Source: Bacillota bacterium (lineage in GTDB: Bacteria; Bacillota; Negativicutes; JBAXTZ01). Taken from it: 64,000 bases of DNA. Location of the stretch: contig JBAXTZ010000001.1 of assembly GCA_037129925.1 (NCBI GenBank), forward strand, positions 25,155 through 89,154. The letters are read 5' to 3'. The position numbers and the translations under genes were made by a program. The notes beneath the pieces are model-generated. The model made no database searches, was not told the origin of the DNA, and saw nothing but the letters and a program-made list of their open reading frames with translations. Below, piece by piece: positions 10,592-21,036 of the stretch; the stretch's first letter is position 1, and every line of letters starts with the position of its first letter.

Positions 10592-10705
10592 AATTTTACC
10601 ATACTTTTTGCAACGATTCACATTTTTGATATGAATTATGTGCAACGCTCACACATTTTTGATACGTAAAAGGTGTATTTAATCATTATTGAATGTTTTT
10701 CATCG
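10592..10705 (-). promoter_or_regulatory. conserved 5' leader of the ATPase cassette with a tandem 32-nt direct repeat
   Basis: 10609-10640 (tgcaacgattcacatttttgatatgaattatg) and 10641-10672 (tgcaacgctcacacatttttgatacgtaaaag) are tandem direct repeats. On the coding strand they carry cataat and ttgcaa hexamers upstream of the ATG. The same leader is present at 6645-6700 and 21870-21972. Confidence 0.45.
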
Positions 10706-10737
10706 CGCTAAGCAAACAATACAGCTTGCTGATTTTG

Positions 10738-11586
10738 TCAAAAACGTTCTGCAATCAATCTCTCCATCGCAAATATTTCCCGCAATGCTCTCGAAACTCC
10801 GGCGTCATCGTTGCTGGCAGTAACCAGCGCGCATACAGATTTCACACCGTCGCTGGCGTTCCCCATCGCAACCGGCAAGCCGACTGCTTGCAGCATCGAC
10901 AAATCATTCTCGCTATCACCGATGGCAACTAACTCGCTCCGGTCAATACCTAGCGAAAATGCGTAGTCCAGGAGCGCGACACCTTTGGAAATACCTCCTG
11001 CAACAATGTCCAGACTGAGCTTCGACGCACGAAACACTTCAACACCGTCAATAAGCCGGAGTTGCTGTTGTAGCGGTTCGAGCAGCGTTTGGTCACTCAC
11101 CGGATACATGAGCTTAATAATTTTCTCGCCACTCGCTAGCAATTCATCAATGCCTGCAATCACTTTAAACTCCATATGCCGTGATAACTGTTTGCTGAAG
11201 TGCGCGAACGGATTGCGCTGTTCGTCAAACTCATGTGGATTAAACGAATACACTTTATCCAGCCCGTAATAGCGCGGATAAAGACCGGCAGTTTGAAAGT
11301 AATTGTACAACTCAGTTAACGGTTGGAGCGGAATACTTTTGCAATAGTAGGTTTCGCCACTCACGACATCGCGCATCGTTGCGCCGTTGCAGCCCAAAAT
11401 CGGCGCGCTAATCCCCAAAGTGTTAACATACTCACGCGCCATAATGTCCGGTCGCCCGGTGACAACGACAAACCGCACACCGCGTTGGCGTAGTTCCCGA
11501 ATTGTTTGCACATTTTCAGCAGGAATTTCGTTTCGACTGTTCAACAACGTCCCGTCAATATCAATGGCTACAAGTTTGTATTGCAT
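10738..11586 (-). CDS. Cof-type HAD-IIB family hydrolase
   Basis: N-terminal DIDGTLL motif, GDSENDLSM near the C-terminus, length 282 aa. Confidence 0.85.
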   Translation of the reverse strand: MQYKLVAIDIDGTLLNSRNEIPAENVQTIRELRQRGVRFVVVTGRPDIMAREYVNTLGISAPILGCNGATMRDVVSGETYYCKSIPLQPLTELYNYFQTAGLYPRYYGLDKVYSFNPHEFDEQRNPFAHFSKQLSRHMEFKVIAGIDELLASGEKIIKLMYPVSDQTLLEPLQQQLRLIDGVEVFRASKLSLDIVAGGISKGVALLDYAFSLGIDRSELVAIGDSENDLSMLQAVGLPVAMGNASDGVKSVCALVTASNDDAGVSRALREIFAMERLIAERF

Positions 11587-11856
11587 ATCAGGCTAATCTC
11601 CAATTTCCACATAACATTATTATCCATATTTAGCGTACTTCTATATGTAATCACAGCTTTGTACCACTCGCTAACAAGAACTCACCTGAATCAATCATTC
11701 CAGGCTGGCAATAAGCCTGCTCTTCAAGACGGAGTATCGTCCGCCACGCGTTTTCACTTTCATTCAGCGTTTCCGCAGCTTTGTGAAAGCCGCAGGTAAA
11801 GCAAGGACTTCCACCCATAGTCAGGTTGCCAAATCCGGCTTTTTCGAGTAATGATT

Positions 11857-12573
11857 TCATTTCCGCAGAGTCAAAAATATGTCGCGGCGGATGCGCTTAA
11901 ATACACCCCATTTATTGCAAACACTGAGCAAAATAGTGCCGCCGACTTTCGTTACCCGCGCCAATTCGCTGATCGCTTTTTCATAATTGTTAACGACGTA
12001 ATTTAGTGGCGCGCCATAGCAAACCACCGTGTCGAACGAATTATCTTCAAAAACTGAGAGGTCGAGTAAATCAACGCCTATTCTGCAATTATTCAGCAGC
12101 AGATTACCCACATGAAAATCACCGTGTTGAAAAGTCTGTTTCCTGTCTTCCAGTCCGCTTAAATTGTGATTAATAAACTCCAGAAACTTTGTATCGTTAT
12201 TACACTTTATCGGACACGCTTCATATTTCAAGCGTTTAATTCTAATCTTCTCCGTGTACTTTTTCGCCCAGCCAACTCCACCTTCCGGCGCGTTGACAGA
12301 GTGTATCTTTCGCAGCATTTGACCGCTTAACAGTCCATATTTATATTGCTCGCTTTCAGAACAATTAGTCAAAGCGGCTTCGGCATCGTCACCTTCTACC
12401 CAAGAGAGCAATTGATACACTTCTGCTCCATCAGAGCAAATTCCAAAATCAACCGGCTCGGAAGCAGTAATACCAAGCCTGGAAACTGACTTAAGATACT
12501 CATTTTCAAATTGCCCGCAGAACTGCCGCGGATTCAGTCTTGTTTTCATAAATATGCCGGATAATATTATCAA
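11857..12573 (-). pseudogene. mosaic remnant: APH/choline-kinase-family kinase core fused to a class I SAM methyltransferase C-terminal fragment
   Basis: Hinge-like YQLLSWVEGDD and Brenner motif HGDFHVGNLLL are present, but there is no N-lobe. Methyltransferase motifs follow directly: FEDNSFDTVV (motif II) and RVTKVGGTILL (motif III), with no GxGxG motif I. The 5' end overlaps the ABC ATPase gene. Confidence 0.4.
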
Positions 12574-13513
12574 TCTCGGTTTCCTGTAACGCGAAGTCGT
12601 TGATCTTGTACTGTGCCGACAGTTTGGTTATCAGGTCGATGGCGGATATTTTATCTCGGTTGAACAGTATAAGTCGACGTAATCCCTCGGTTTTCATCGT
12701 AGTATGCAAATCACAATCTTGAATTGTCGCCGGTTCGTCGAAATCCACCACCAGCATCCGGTCTTTGCCGAACCGGTCTTTGATTTCGTCGATGTTGCCG
12801 TCATAAATTATTTTACCCAGATCGATAATTACAATCCGTTTGCAAAGTTTTTCGATATCACTCATATCATGTGTTGTAAGAATCACTGTCACGCCGGTTT
12901 CACGGTTGATCTTGGCGATAAACTCACGGATGCGCTCTTTCGCGACAACGTCCAACCCGATGGTCGGCTCGTCGAGGAACACTACCTTGGGATTATGCAG
13001 CAGGCTGGCGGCGATTTCACAGCGCATCCGCTGGCCGAGACTCAATTGCCGTACCGGCATGTGCAGAAATTCGTCGATACCGAGAACTTCCGTGAACAAT
13101 TCGATATTTTTTTGGTATGCCGGACGCGGAATGCGATAGATCGTGCGCAACAGATCGAACGACTCGTCAACCGGGAGATTCCACCATAACTGGGTGCGCT
13201 GTCCAAATACCACGCCAATATTTTTGGTATAGGCTTTCCGCTGTTTGTAAGGGACTATACCGCCGACTTCCACCGTTCCGGCAGTCGGCACCAGTATTCC
13301 CGTAAGCATCTTGATCGTTGTGGACTTTCCCGCGCCGTTTGGCCCGATGAATCCGACAATTTCACCGGCGGCAATTTGCATATCGATACTATCCACCGCT
13401 TTTTTCAGCAGCCGCTCCGGCTTGAACATACTCTTGATCACGCCGCCGATTCCTGACTGCCGCTTATTGATCACAAAATGTTTGGACAGATTTTCAATTC
13501 TTATCAAATTCAT
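12506..13513 (-). CDS. ABC transporter ATP-binding protein (ABC-2 exporter type)
   Basis: Walker A GPNGAGKST, signature LSLGQRMR, Walker B VVFLDEPT, H-loop TTHDM. Confidence 0.85.
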   Translation of the reverse strand: MNLIRIENLSKHFVINKRQSGIGGVIKSMFKPERLLKKAVDSIDMQIAAGEIVGFIGPNGAGKSTTIKMLTGILVPTAGTVEVGGIVPYKQRKAYTKNIGVVFGQRTQLWWNLPVDESFDLLRTIYRIPRPAYQKNIELFTEVLGIDEFLHMPVRQLSLGQRMRCEIAASLLHNPKVVFLDEPTIGLDVVAKERIREFIAKINRETGVTVILTTHDMSDIEKLCKRIVIIDLGKIIYDGNIDEIKDRFGKDRMLVVDFDEPATIQDCDLHTTMKTEGLRRLILFNRDKISAIDLITKLSAQYKINDFALQETEIDNIIRHIYENKTESAAVLRAI

Positions 13514-13515
13514 TA

Positions 13516-14316
13516 TCAGCTCCCGGTACTCGAATAGTGGCGCAGCCCGATTTTCCAGAACCGGCTGGCGAGTGTTATCAACACCACGCTATATAACAAT
13601 GATACTTTCCACACCCAATGTGGCAACGCCGCATATTCCGGATTATCCAGAAATATTCCCGCCGGAACGTAGCTTACAAATGCCATCGGCAAAATTGCAA
13701 ACAGGATGAATTTGATAATGCCGTTAAACAATGTCACCGGATAAAAGGCAAATTCCCGAAACGAGTTGTAAAGGTTATTCAGTCCGCCGGTATCGGTTAT
13801 ATAAAACGCGCAGGCACCGATTGCCAGCCGGATTGCACCCTGAATCAGAATTGCGGAAAATATCGTCAAGACAAAGAAAACAATCTTCTCCGCCGTCCAG
13901 TCAATATGAAACTCCTTGTGAAAAACCAAAAATATCGCGATCGCTGCAAAAAAATGGCCAAAGCCGCCCATTTCAAACCGGACACCGATAATACTGGCGA
14001 CCGGATTTATTGGCCGTAGCAGCATTACATCCAGCTCACCGCGTTTGACCAGATTGCCTACTTCTGACAAATTGATGAAGATCATGCCGCCGATTCCGTA
14101 TGTCCCCAGGCACAGCATGTAGATAAAAACAATTTGACCCAGTGTCCAGGCGCCGATGCTGCCAAATCGTTGCATGATTATCCAGATACCAAAAAAGCTG
14201 GAAAGATATGTCAGGCCCAAACCGAAAATATAGAATACCAGGCTGAACCGGTTGATCAGCGATGAACGGAAACTGGCACCTGCCAACCGGTAATAACAAT
14301 ACAAATCATGCAGCAT
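13516..14316 (-). CDS. ABC-2 family transporter permease
   Basis: 266 aa polytopic membrane protein immediately downstream of the ATPase, with adjacent stop and start. Confidence 0.7.
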   Translation of the reverse strand: MLHDLYCYYRLAGASFRSSLINRFSLVFYIFGLGLTYLSSFFGIWIIMQRFGSIGAWTLGQIVFIYMLCLGTYGIGGMIFINLSEVGNLVKRGELDVMLLRPINPVASIIGVRFEMGGFGHFFAAIAIFLVFHKEFHIDWTAEKIVFFVLTIFSAILIQGAIRLAIGACAFYITDTGGLNNLYNSFREFAFYPVTLFNGIIKFILFAILPMAFVSYVPAGIFLDNPEYAALPHWVWKVSLLYSVVLITLASRFWKIGLRHYSSTGS

Positions 14317-14317
14317 C

Positions 14318-15118
14318 TCAGCCTCCCTGTGCCACTACTTTTTTTACCCCGGCTGTCCACATAAAGTAAGCGCCTGCAAACAAGATGACCAGCCACAACA
14401 ATGTAACACCATAAACGCTCAACAGCGATATGTCCGCGCGTTCGCCAAGAAATCCGGCTATCGGCGTAAAAATTATATCTTTGAACGGCAGAACATTCAC
14501 GATATTTAGCAGCCATCGCGGATAAAACCACAGCGGCACAAACGACCCACAGAACACTACCATAATCGCTTCTTTTATATAGTGACAGTACATCGTACCC
14601 AGATACCAGAAGCTGATCATGTCGATAATAAAATTAACCAGAAACATCAGAATAAACCCGAGCAACATTCCGATGCAGAGGTTTATTATTGCCAGCGGCG
14701 CCGGGTTCCAGCTGATCCCGTATATCAGCGATAGAGCTATCAAAATCGGCGCCATGTTGGTAATAAATACCGAGATAGCATTACCGACCGCCTGAGCAAA
14801 CAACACCGACGGCAGCGATACCGGGTACAACAGATCACGGGCAATCGTCCCTTCATTCAGCCGCGAAGCTATCTCATAACCGGATATCGAGAACACGACA
14901 CTACCGATTGCCGCGGAAAGTATCGAAAACTTTATAGTCTTGAGCGCCAGCTCCGGCGAAAGACTATTGGCGTTCAGAGTGACGACCGCATACCAAATCG
15001 CAACCGTCGCGTAAGAATAAAGAAAATTCGTGAACAACCGGATCAAAAAGCTGACCCGAAAATTCATTGTGTCCTGTAGCTTAATCTGCGCAGACTTGAT
15101 ATATGGCGCTAAAAACAT
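14318..15118 (-). CDS. ABC-2 family transporter permease
   Basis: Polytopic membrane protein. The likely start is MFLAPY at 15118, preceded by GGGAGA. The track ORF extends further upstream without an RBS. Confidence 0.65.
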   Translation of the reverse strand: MFLAPYIKSAQIKLQDTMNFRVSFLIRLFTNFLYSYATVAIWYAVVTLNANSLSPELALKTIKFSILSAAIGSVVFSISGYEIASRLNEGTIARDLLYPVSLPSVLFAQAVGNAISVFITNMAPILIALSLIYGISWNPAPLAIINLCIGMLLGFILMFLVNFIIDMISFWYLGTMYCHYIKEAIMVVFCGSFVPLWFYPRWLLNIVNVLPFKDIIFTPIAGFLGERADISLLSVYGVTLLWLVILFAGAYFMWTAGVKKVVAQGG

Positions 15119-15258
15119 GGTGAGTCTCCCATTTACTTCGTTATCATTAATGTTGCCCGGCCGATTTTTTTTACACCCAGCACAAAACGCTTTCGCTAAT
15201 CGATTTGCGTCTGGATTTAGAAATTTTTCTGTTTTTAAAATACACCAGACACAAAACC

Positions 15259-16119
15259 CTACCCGCGCCAAATTTCCGAACAATCTACACACAGATATTT
15301 CCCGAGTTGAATCTTCGGCTTGTTCTTGCCGTGAAAGTCGCTGCCTGCGGTCATCAACAAATTATTTTGCCGCGCTTTCCCGGCAAAATATTCCTGTTGT
15401 TCCGGCGTATGATAATTATTGAAAATCTCAACGCCTTCGATTCCGGCGGCGATGATTTTGTCAATAAATTCCGGGTTGTCTTTCAGGTTCGCACCGGGAT
15501 GTGCGATTACCGGAATACCGCCGGTAGCCTTGACCAGTTTGACCGCATCGGTCAGCTTCATAAATTCTACCGGTACATATGCCGGTTTGCCTTGAGAAAA
15601 ATAATCCCAGTAGAAATTTATGTAGGGCATATCGCTACGTTCGCCACCGGAAAGATACGGACGCAGTATTTCGCAATCCGCAGCCTCGGATTTGTGCAAT
15701 ACTACTTCGGCAATATGTTCAGCGCAAGGAATCTGCCCGTTGGCGGCTGCCAAAACTTCGCCAATTCCGACATTCACGCCAAGCGCACGCATATTAGCAA
15801 TCATCGGTTCCAGCGTCGCCGCGCCCTTGGCGAATAGTTTGCGTTCCAACTCCGCAAATTCCGGTGCATTCCAGTCGATATTATAACCAAGCAGATGCAA
15901 ATTGACCCCTTCATGCGCACAGTCAATCTCAATTCCCGGAATCACGCGGATTCCCGCAGTACTGCCTAACTTAATTGCCCCGGCAACGCCTTTGACACTG
16001 TTATGATCAGTAATCGCCAGCGTTTTTATCCCAAGCGCGCGCGCCTGCGTCATTATCTCAGCAACCGAAAATTCGGCATCCGAGCTGTTATTGGAGTGAA
16101 TATGCAAATCAACCAGCAT
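15259..16119 (-). CDS. PHP domain phosphoesterase
   Basis: MLVDLHIHSNNSSD...ITDHN: the histidine-rich PHP (polymerase and histidinol phosphatase) motifs. Confidence 0.75.
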   Translation of the reverse strand: MLVDLHIHSNNSSDAEFSVAEIMTQARALGIKTLAITDHNSVKGVAGAIKLGSTAGIRVIPGIEIDCAHEGVNLHLLGYNIDWNAPEFAELERKLFAKGAATLEPMIANMRALGVNVGIGEVLAAANGQIPCAEHIAEVVLHKSEAADCEILRPYLSGGERSDMPYINFYWDYFSQGKPAYVPVEFMKLTDAVKLVKATGGIPVIAHPGANLKDNPEFIDKIIAAGIEGVEIFNNYHTPEQQEYFAGKARQNNLLMTAGSDFHGKNKPKIQLGKYLCVDCSEIWRG

Positions 16120-16244
16120 AAGTTTTTCCGCCTTTCTCAAACTTTACTCCGCCAGATTATGGTAATCATCTTCATGATTGACAAATAAAAAATCAATAAC
16201 GGTTCTGTATGAATATACACTAACTAACGATTGCAGTACTGGTT

Positions 16245-16739
16245 TCACAATATCTGCTCTCCCTCCCATCCGTATTCGCTGTAGAAAACATTATGCTGAA
16301 TACCCTCAACCGCTTGTCTGATATAAGGAATAACAGTCTCAGGCAGATTTTCCAAATCAAACCAGGATAAATCATCGCATTTATGCGGCTCTTTGTTGAT
16401 TATCTCTCCGCACCAACTGTCAGCCACAAAAAATACATCAACCCGCTCGAACTGCTCGCCGTGATTAGCATTTCTGTGCATTACATGCGCGACTTTCAGA
16501 TTTTTCGGTTCGAGAAGAATTCCCGCTTCTTCTTCAGCTTCACGGATAATGCATTCAGTAAAAGTTTCACTCGCGTCAACGTGCCCAGCGATCATTGAAT
16601 AGTTGCCGTCTTCATAGCCAGTATTATAGCGCCGGAGCAGCAGAATCTTGTTATCCTTTATCAAGACCAAATAAGCCGCCGGAATATTACAATGCCTGAT
16701 TTTCATAGTATCCTCTTCAATCTTTCTATAAAAAGTCAT
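16245..16739 (-). CDS. NUDIX hydrolase
   Basis: Nudix box GHVDASETFTECIIREAEEEAGI. Confidence 0.8.
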   Translation of the reverse strand: MTFYRKIEEDTMKIRHCNIPAAYLVLIKDNKILLLRRYNTGYEDGNYSMIAGHVDASETFTECIIREAEEEAGILLEPKNLKVAHVMHRNANHGEQFERVDVFFVADSWCGEIINKEPHKCDDLSWFDLENLPETVIPYIRQAVEGIQHNVFYSEYGWEGEQIL

Positions 16740-16740
16740 C

Positions 16741-17550
16741 TCACTTGTTCGATATGCCTTTTAGCCATTCGACAGCAAAATCCACCGCCACCCGCTGCCT
16801 GAACAACCGGCAGTTCGCTGAACCGACTGTGCCATGTTTCACCGGACACCGCTGTTCAAAATCACGACCAACGTCTGGAAACGAATCCGTGTCGTAATCA
16901 AAATCTTCAAATTCTTGCCAAATCGTTTCACCATTCACAAGCAGCGGCGCGCCGTTCGTCTTGTGGACAATCCCCGGCGTTCGCGCCTCCGCCAGATGGA
17001 ACGAGGTGTTGGTGTGATATTCGGTGCCCAGCATCAGAACACAACCATCTAATTCATACAGTCTGGCTAGTGGCGAACCCTCACCCAAAGAATATTCCAG
17101 TTTATGATTTCCCGTCAAATATCGTGCATAATTGCCTAACGCCGCAAAGGAAACCGCGGGATGACTGCTACGAAAGACCCGCGGTAATTTTCGAAACGTC
17201 TCGGGAATTTTCCCGACATTGCGCGTCGGCGTGATGTCCGGCTGAAAAGCAGGCATCGCAGCTTTGATTATCGGAATCCAGTCCGGCGGCACCGGCGGAT
17301 TACACCAATCTGCCGGATCAGAATAATCACCGGAAAAGGCTGGAACCATTACCGTTCCGATATGCGTTATCACGTCCAGCAGCGCCTGAATCACGGTAAC
17401 CGCCCCGCCGCACACCCAACCGAGCGAGCCGAGTGACGAATGTACCAGCACATTCATACCCGGCGCCAATCCCAGTTTGCGCAAATCGCAAGCCAGGCTT
17501 TCCCGCGTGCGCGGTTGATCAGCTTTTTGAATACTGGTTAGTTCAGACAT
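16741..17550 (-). CDS. aminoglycoside N(3)-acetyltransferase family protein (AAC(3)/YokD-like)
   Basis: VLVHSSLGSLGWVCGGA...PAFSGDYSDP...GTEYHTNTSFHLAE pattern of the AAC(3) family. Stop-start adjacent to the NUDIX gene. Confidence 0.75.
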   Translation of the reverse strand: MSELTSIQKADQPRTRESLACDLRKLGLAPGMNVLVHSSLGSLGWVCGGAVTVIQALLDVITHIGTVMVPAFSGDYSDPADWCNPPVPPDWIPIIKAAMPAFQPDITPTRNVGKIPETFRKLPRVFRSSHPAVSFAALGNYARYLTGNHKLEYSLGEGSPLARLYELDGCVLMLGTEYHTNTSFHLAEARTPGIVHKTNGAPLLVNGETIWQEFEDFDYDTDSFPDVGRDFEQRCPVKHGTVGSANCRLFRQRVAVDFAVEWLKGISNK

Positions 17551-17582
17551 AAATATTTTCCTTTATATATGGCGCGTTAACT

Positions 17583-18242
17583 TCATTTCTTCTTTCGCGA
17601 TGCACGAAATAGCAGCCTCGCCTGTTTTTGTTTGTTTTTATAGTATCGCTCACGCAGATTTGAAATTATGATCAATATCATCCCCGTACTAAAATACCAT
17701 GGACCAAAAATGAATAGTGAAGTAAGATAAAATTTCGCTGGGTTTTCGAATTCAATCAGCACTCTGCCAGTGATAATGCTTCCCGGTTCACCGAAATCGG
17801 AATTCATAACGCAGTCTGCAAAAAAAACTGCGACTACAATTACACTAAGCGTCAGCCAAAATTTTCCGTTCTTTCTGTTGCTTCTTTTTCGAAACTCTTT
17901 ATATACCAGGTTCAGTTGCTGCATTTCCAAAAAAAAGGTCGCTGTACACGATAGAATAGCAACTAATTGCAATATTGCTACAACAAGAGGTGTAGTGTAA
18001 TATCGCGAGTAAAGCTCCACGCCTTTTATCATCGGTACAAATATCGACATTGCCGCAATAAATATTTTCCCGAATTCACTTGCGTAAATACCGGATAAGT
18101 CACAATTAACCAATATAAATGCGGCAAATAAGTGAATCACAAGAAATATTGCAACTAAATTTCCGTCGCCACCGGTTATTTTCCGAAGGATAGCAATACG
18201 TTTGTTTTTGATGTCTACCTCATTCATTGTCTCTCCATTCAA
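17583..18242 (-). CDS. hypothetical membrane protein
   Basis: 219 aa with several hydrophobic helices and basic termini. No motif recognised. Confidence 0.5.
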   Translation of the reverse strand: MNGETMNEVDIKNKRIAILRKITGGDGNLVAIFLVIHLFAAFILVNCDLSGIYASEFGKIFIAAMSIFVPMIKGVELYSRYYTTPLVVAILQLVAILSCTATFFLEMQQLNLVYKEFRKRSNRKNGKFWLTLSVIVVAVFFADCVMNSDFGEPGSIITGRVLIEFENPAKFYLTSLFIFGPWYFSTGMILIIISNLRERYYKNKQKQARLLFRASRKKK

Positions 18243-18640
18243 GGCACCAAACCAATTTCGGCAATCGCCGGAGCGCCGGACGCGCGGCTATTATTACCGT
18301 AGTCATATCAATCTTGCTCCCATCACAATCTAGCTATTCGACAAGCTCTCCAACATAGTCAACCGCTACCGGCTAAAGTGGCAAACAGTTCTTAGCTGTT
18401 CATCGTGTAGCAGAAGCCGGTTGATACTGATAATTTCATCTTTCCTCAGCCATTTTTAGATTACAACAATTTTTCGGACTCATTGCCTGCAACTACCCGT
18501 AATTCACAACACCAGTACGCTGGTGAATCGGCAGCGTGCAACATTGCTGCACACTAATTTTCATATTGCAATCCTCGCTTACTGAACATGATTTTCAAAT
18601 GCTCCAGCGCTGGCACATTTGGCGACAGCCGAATCCAGTT

Positions 18641-19330
18641 TCACTTACTTCCGATAAACCGCTTAATATCTTTGGCGTTGGCCGCTGGATTCAAGACAAG
18701 TATCTGAGCTGTAATTTTATCGACAGCATCACGTTTGCTGATCGCGCATGATTGCTCAAGCACTTCAGCGCCAAAAAACTTTTCCACTGTGCAGAAAGTC
18801 GTAACCGGCCAGCCGTATTCCTTGCCGTCTTGCGATAATTTGAATTTCTGGCCGCTGATGGTTACAAGCATTTTCATTTGTTGTTGTGTCAGCGCTTTTT
18901 CAAACTGCGTATTCTGATTTTTGCCGATGCCTGCCAGCTCTTTTAAATCGTGCAGTGACATATGCGCATTGTCGCGGACAAGATCATAAATTTTATATTC
19001 AAGTTCATTGATCAAACCGTCGCTCTGCATAACTTCGAAAGTTTTGTGTTCACGGCGCACTGCCAGAAAATATGGATACCATTCCCGGGTAATCCAGCCG
19101 CCTTTGTTGAGAAACAACTTGCTGTACGCCATATCATCGCACTCGGTGACGCCGCGAATCCGCCAGGACCAAGGATCTATTTCAATATCGCCGCTATGCT
19201 CTTCAAGATTGTCCGAGAAATAATTGCACAGAGAAAATATCCCCTCATTATTATGCGATCCCAGCGAAAATCCCGCCGCCCGCAACGCCTCACAAAACGC
19301 CGTGAACGAATCAATTGGTTGTAGTAGCAT
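18641..19330 (-). CDS. hypothetical protein, co-transcribed with oligoendopeptidase F
   Basis: 229 aa ORF starting 1 nt after the pepF-like stop. No confident family assignment. Confidence 0.5.
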   Translation of the reverse strand: MLLQPIDSFTAFCEALRAAGFSLGSHNNEGIFSLCNYFSDNLEEHSGDIEIDPWSWRIRGVTECDDMAYSKLFLNKGGWITREWYPYFLAVRREHKTFEVMQSDGLINELEYKIYDLVRDNAHMSLHDLKELAGIGKNQNTQFEKALTQQQMKMLVTISGQKFKLSQDGKEYGWPVTTFCTVEKFFGAEVLEQSCAISKRDAVDKITAQILVLNPAANAKDIKRFIGSK

Positions 19331-21016
19331 TTATACCTCCGCCTGTTCCAGCCATTGCGCAATATCGCCGGTTATTGATTGTACGCAGCCGTCCGCAAAC
19401 GGCGAACGCAGGTTGACGGTTTTGAGCAGTGCGGTGAACGGCTGGCTGCCGCCGCTTTTACACAATTGCAGATAAGCTGCCCAAGCGGCCTTGTAATCGC
19501 GTTCGGACCGTTGCCAGAATTGCAGCGCGCAAATCTGCGCCAGCGTGTAGTCGATATAGTAAAACGGAATTACATATATATGCATCTGCTGTTGCCAGTA
19601 GCCGCCCTGTTCCAGATAATCATTACCCTCGTAGTTCAGATGCGGCAGATATTTTTTCTCAACCGCCCGCCATGCTGATTTACGTTCGGACGGTGTTGCT
19701 TCGGGATGGGCATACACAAAATGCTGGTACTCATCGACCGCGACACCATAGGGAATGAACATCAGGTTTTCCGTCATGTGTTCAAATTTATATTTTCCCG
19801 CATCAGCATTGAAAAACCTCTCCATCCACGGCCAGGCGAAATACTCCATACTCATGGAGTGGATTTCGGCGGTTTCGGCAGTAGCGCCGACATATTCCGG
19901 TACCTCAAAATGAAAACTGCAATACACCTGAAAAGCGTGTCCGGCTTCATGTGTCAAAACATTGATGTCGCCGATCGTCCCGTTGAAATTTGAAAAAATA
20001 AACGGCGCACAGTATTTGTGAATGTAGCTGCAATAGCCGCCCGGCGCTTTCCCCGGCTTGCTGTCGAGATCAAGCAACTCATTGGTTTGCATAAAATCAA
20101 AAAACTCTGCTGTTTCCGGAGCTAACTCCGTATACATTTCCCGTCCGCGCGCAACAATCCAGTTCAGATCACCCTGCGGCTTGACGCCGCCGTCCGCAAA
20201 CAATAGTTTGTCATCATAATAGCGCAGTTCGTCAACTCCCAGCCGCTTACGCTGCTGTTCTTTCATTGCCGTCACCAGCGGTACGATATGCTCCGCAACC
20301 TGATCGCGGAACTTGGCAACCTGGGCACTATCGTAGTCGGTGCGCTGCATCCGCGCGTAGCCAAGCTCAACAAAATTATCATAACCAAGTTTTTTGGCAA
20401 TATTATGCCGCAGCTTGACAAGTTTGTCATAAATCTCGTCGAACTGCTGCTCGTGTTCACTGAAAAAGCGGTATTTCGCCTCGTGCGCGGCTTTGCGCAC
20501 GCTGAGGTCCGGCGATTTCAGATAGGGCACCATTTGCGGCAGTGTCAACGTTTTTCCATCAAATGTGATCTGCGCCGATGCTGTTAATTTTTGGTACTCG
20601 CTATTCAGCTTATTCTCGGCTTGCAGCTGTTCGACTACTTCCGGCGAAAAAACTTTCAGCTTGCATTCGGCAAGCGCGAATAACTGCGCACCAAATTGTT
20701 CTTCAAGTTCCGCGCGGAACTTTGAAAATAATAGTGCCCGGTAATATTTGTCAATCAAACCGGCAAACAGCGGCTCGGTTTCATCAAAAAAGTTTTGCTC
20801 CGCTTCATAATATGCATCACGGGTGTCGATAGTATGCCGGATAAAGCACAGCGCACTCATTGAGTCAAATTCTTTGCGGATGGCGTTTATTTCATCAATA
20901 GCCTGCTGTTGAATACTGACCGTTTCGGCTGCCGCAAACTGCGATAACAGTTGCAGGAACTCAGTTTCGATTTTGTCGAAATCCGGACGGATATAAACAT
21001 ACTCGGTAAATTTCAT
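19331..21016 (-). CDS. pepF: M3 family oligoendopeptidase (oligoendopeptidase F-like)
   Basis: 561 aa with the zinc motif HEAGHAF and a downstream conserved Glu. Length and overall pattern match M3B PepF. Confidence 0.85.
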   Translation of the reverse strand: MKFTEYVYIRPDFDKIETEFLQLLSQFAAAETVSIQQQAIDEINAIRKEFDSMSALCFIRHTIDTRDAYYEAEQNFFDETEPLFAGLIDKYYRALLFSKFRAELEEQFGAQLFALAECKLKVFSPEVVEQLQAENKLNSEYQKLTASAQITFDGKTLTLPQMVPYLKSPDLSVRKAAHEAKYRFFSEHEQQFDEIYDKLVKLRHNIAKKLGYDNFVELGYARMQRTDYDSAQVAKFRDQVAEHIVPLVTAMKEQQRKRLGVDELRYYDDKLLFADGGVKPQGDLNWIVARGREMYTELAPETAEFFDFMQTNELLDLDSKPGKAPGGYCSYIHKYCAPFIFSNFNGTIGDINVLTHEAGHAFQVYCSFHFEVPEYVGATAETAEIHSMSMEYFAWPWMERFFNADAGKYKFEHMTENLMFIPYGVAVDEYQHFVYAHPEATPSERKSAWRAVEKKYLPHLNYEGNDYLEQGGYWQQQMHIYVIPFYYIDYTLAQICALQFWQRSERDYKAAWAAYLQLCKSGGSQPFTALLKTVNLRSPFADGCVQSITGDIAQWLEQAEV

Positions 21017-21036
21017 TTATTCCTCCAACTTTTTTA

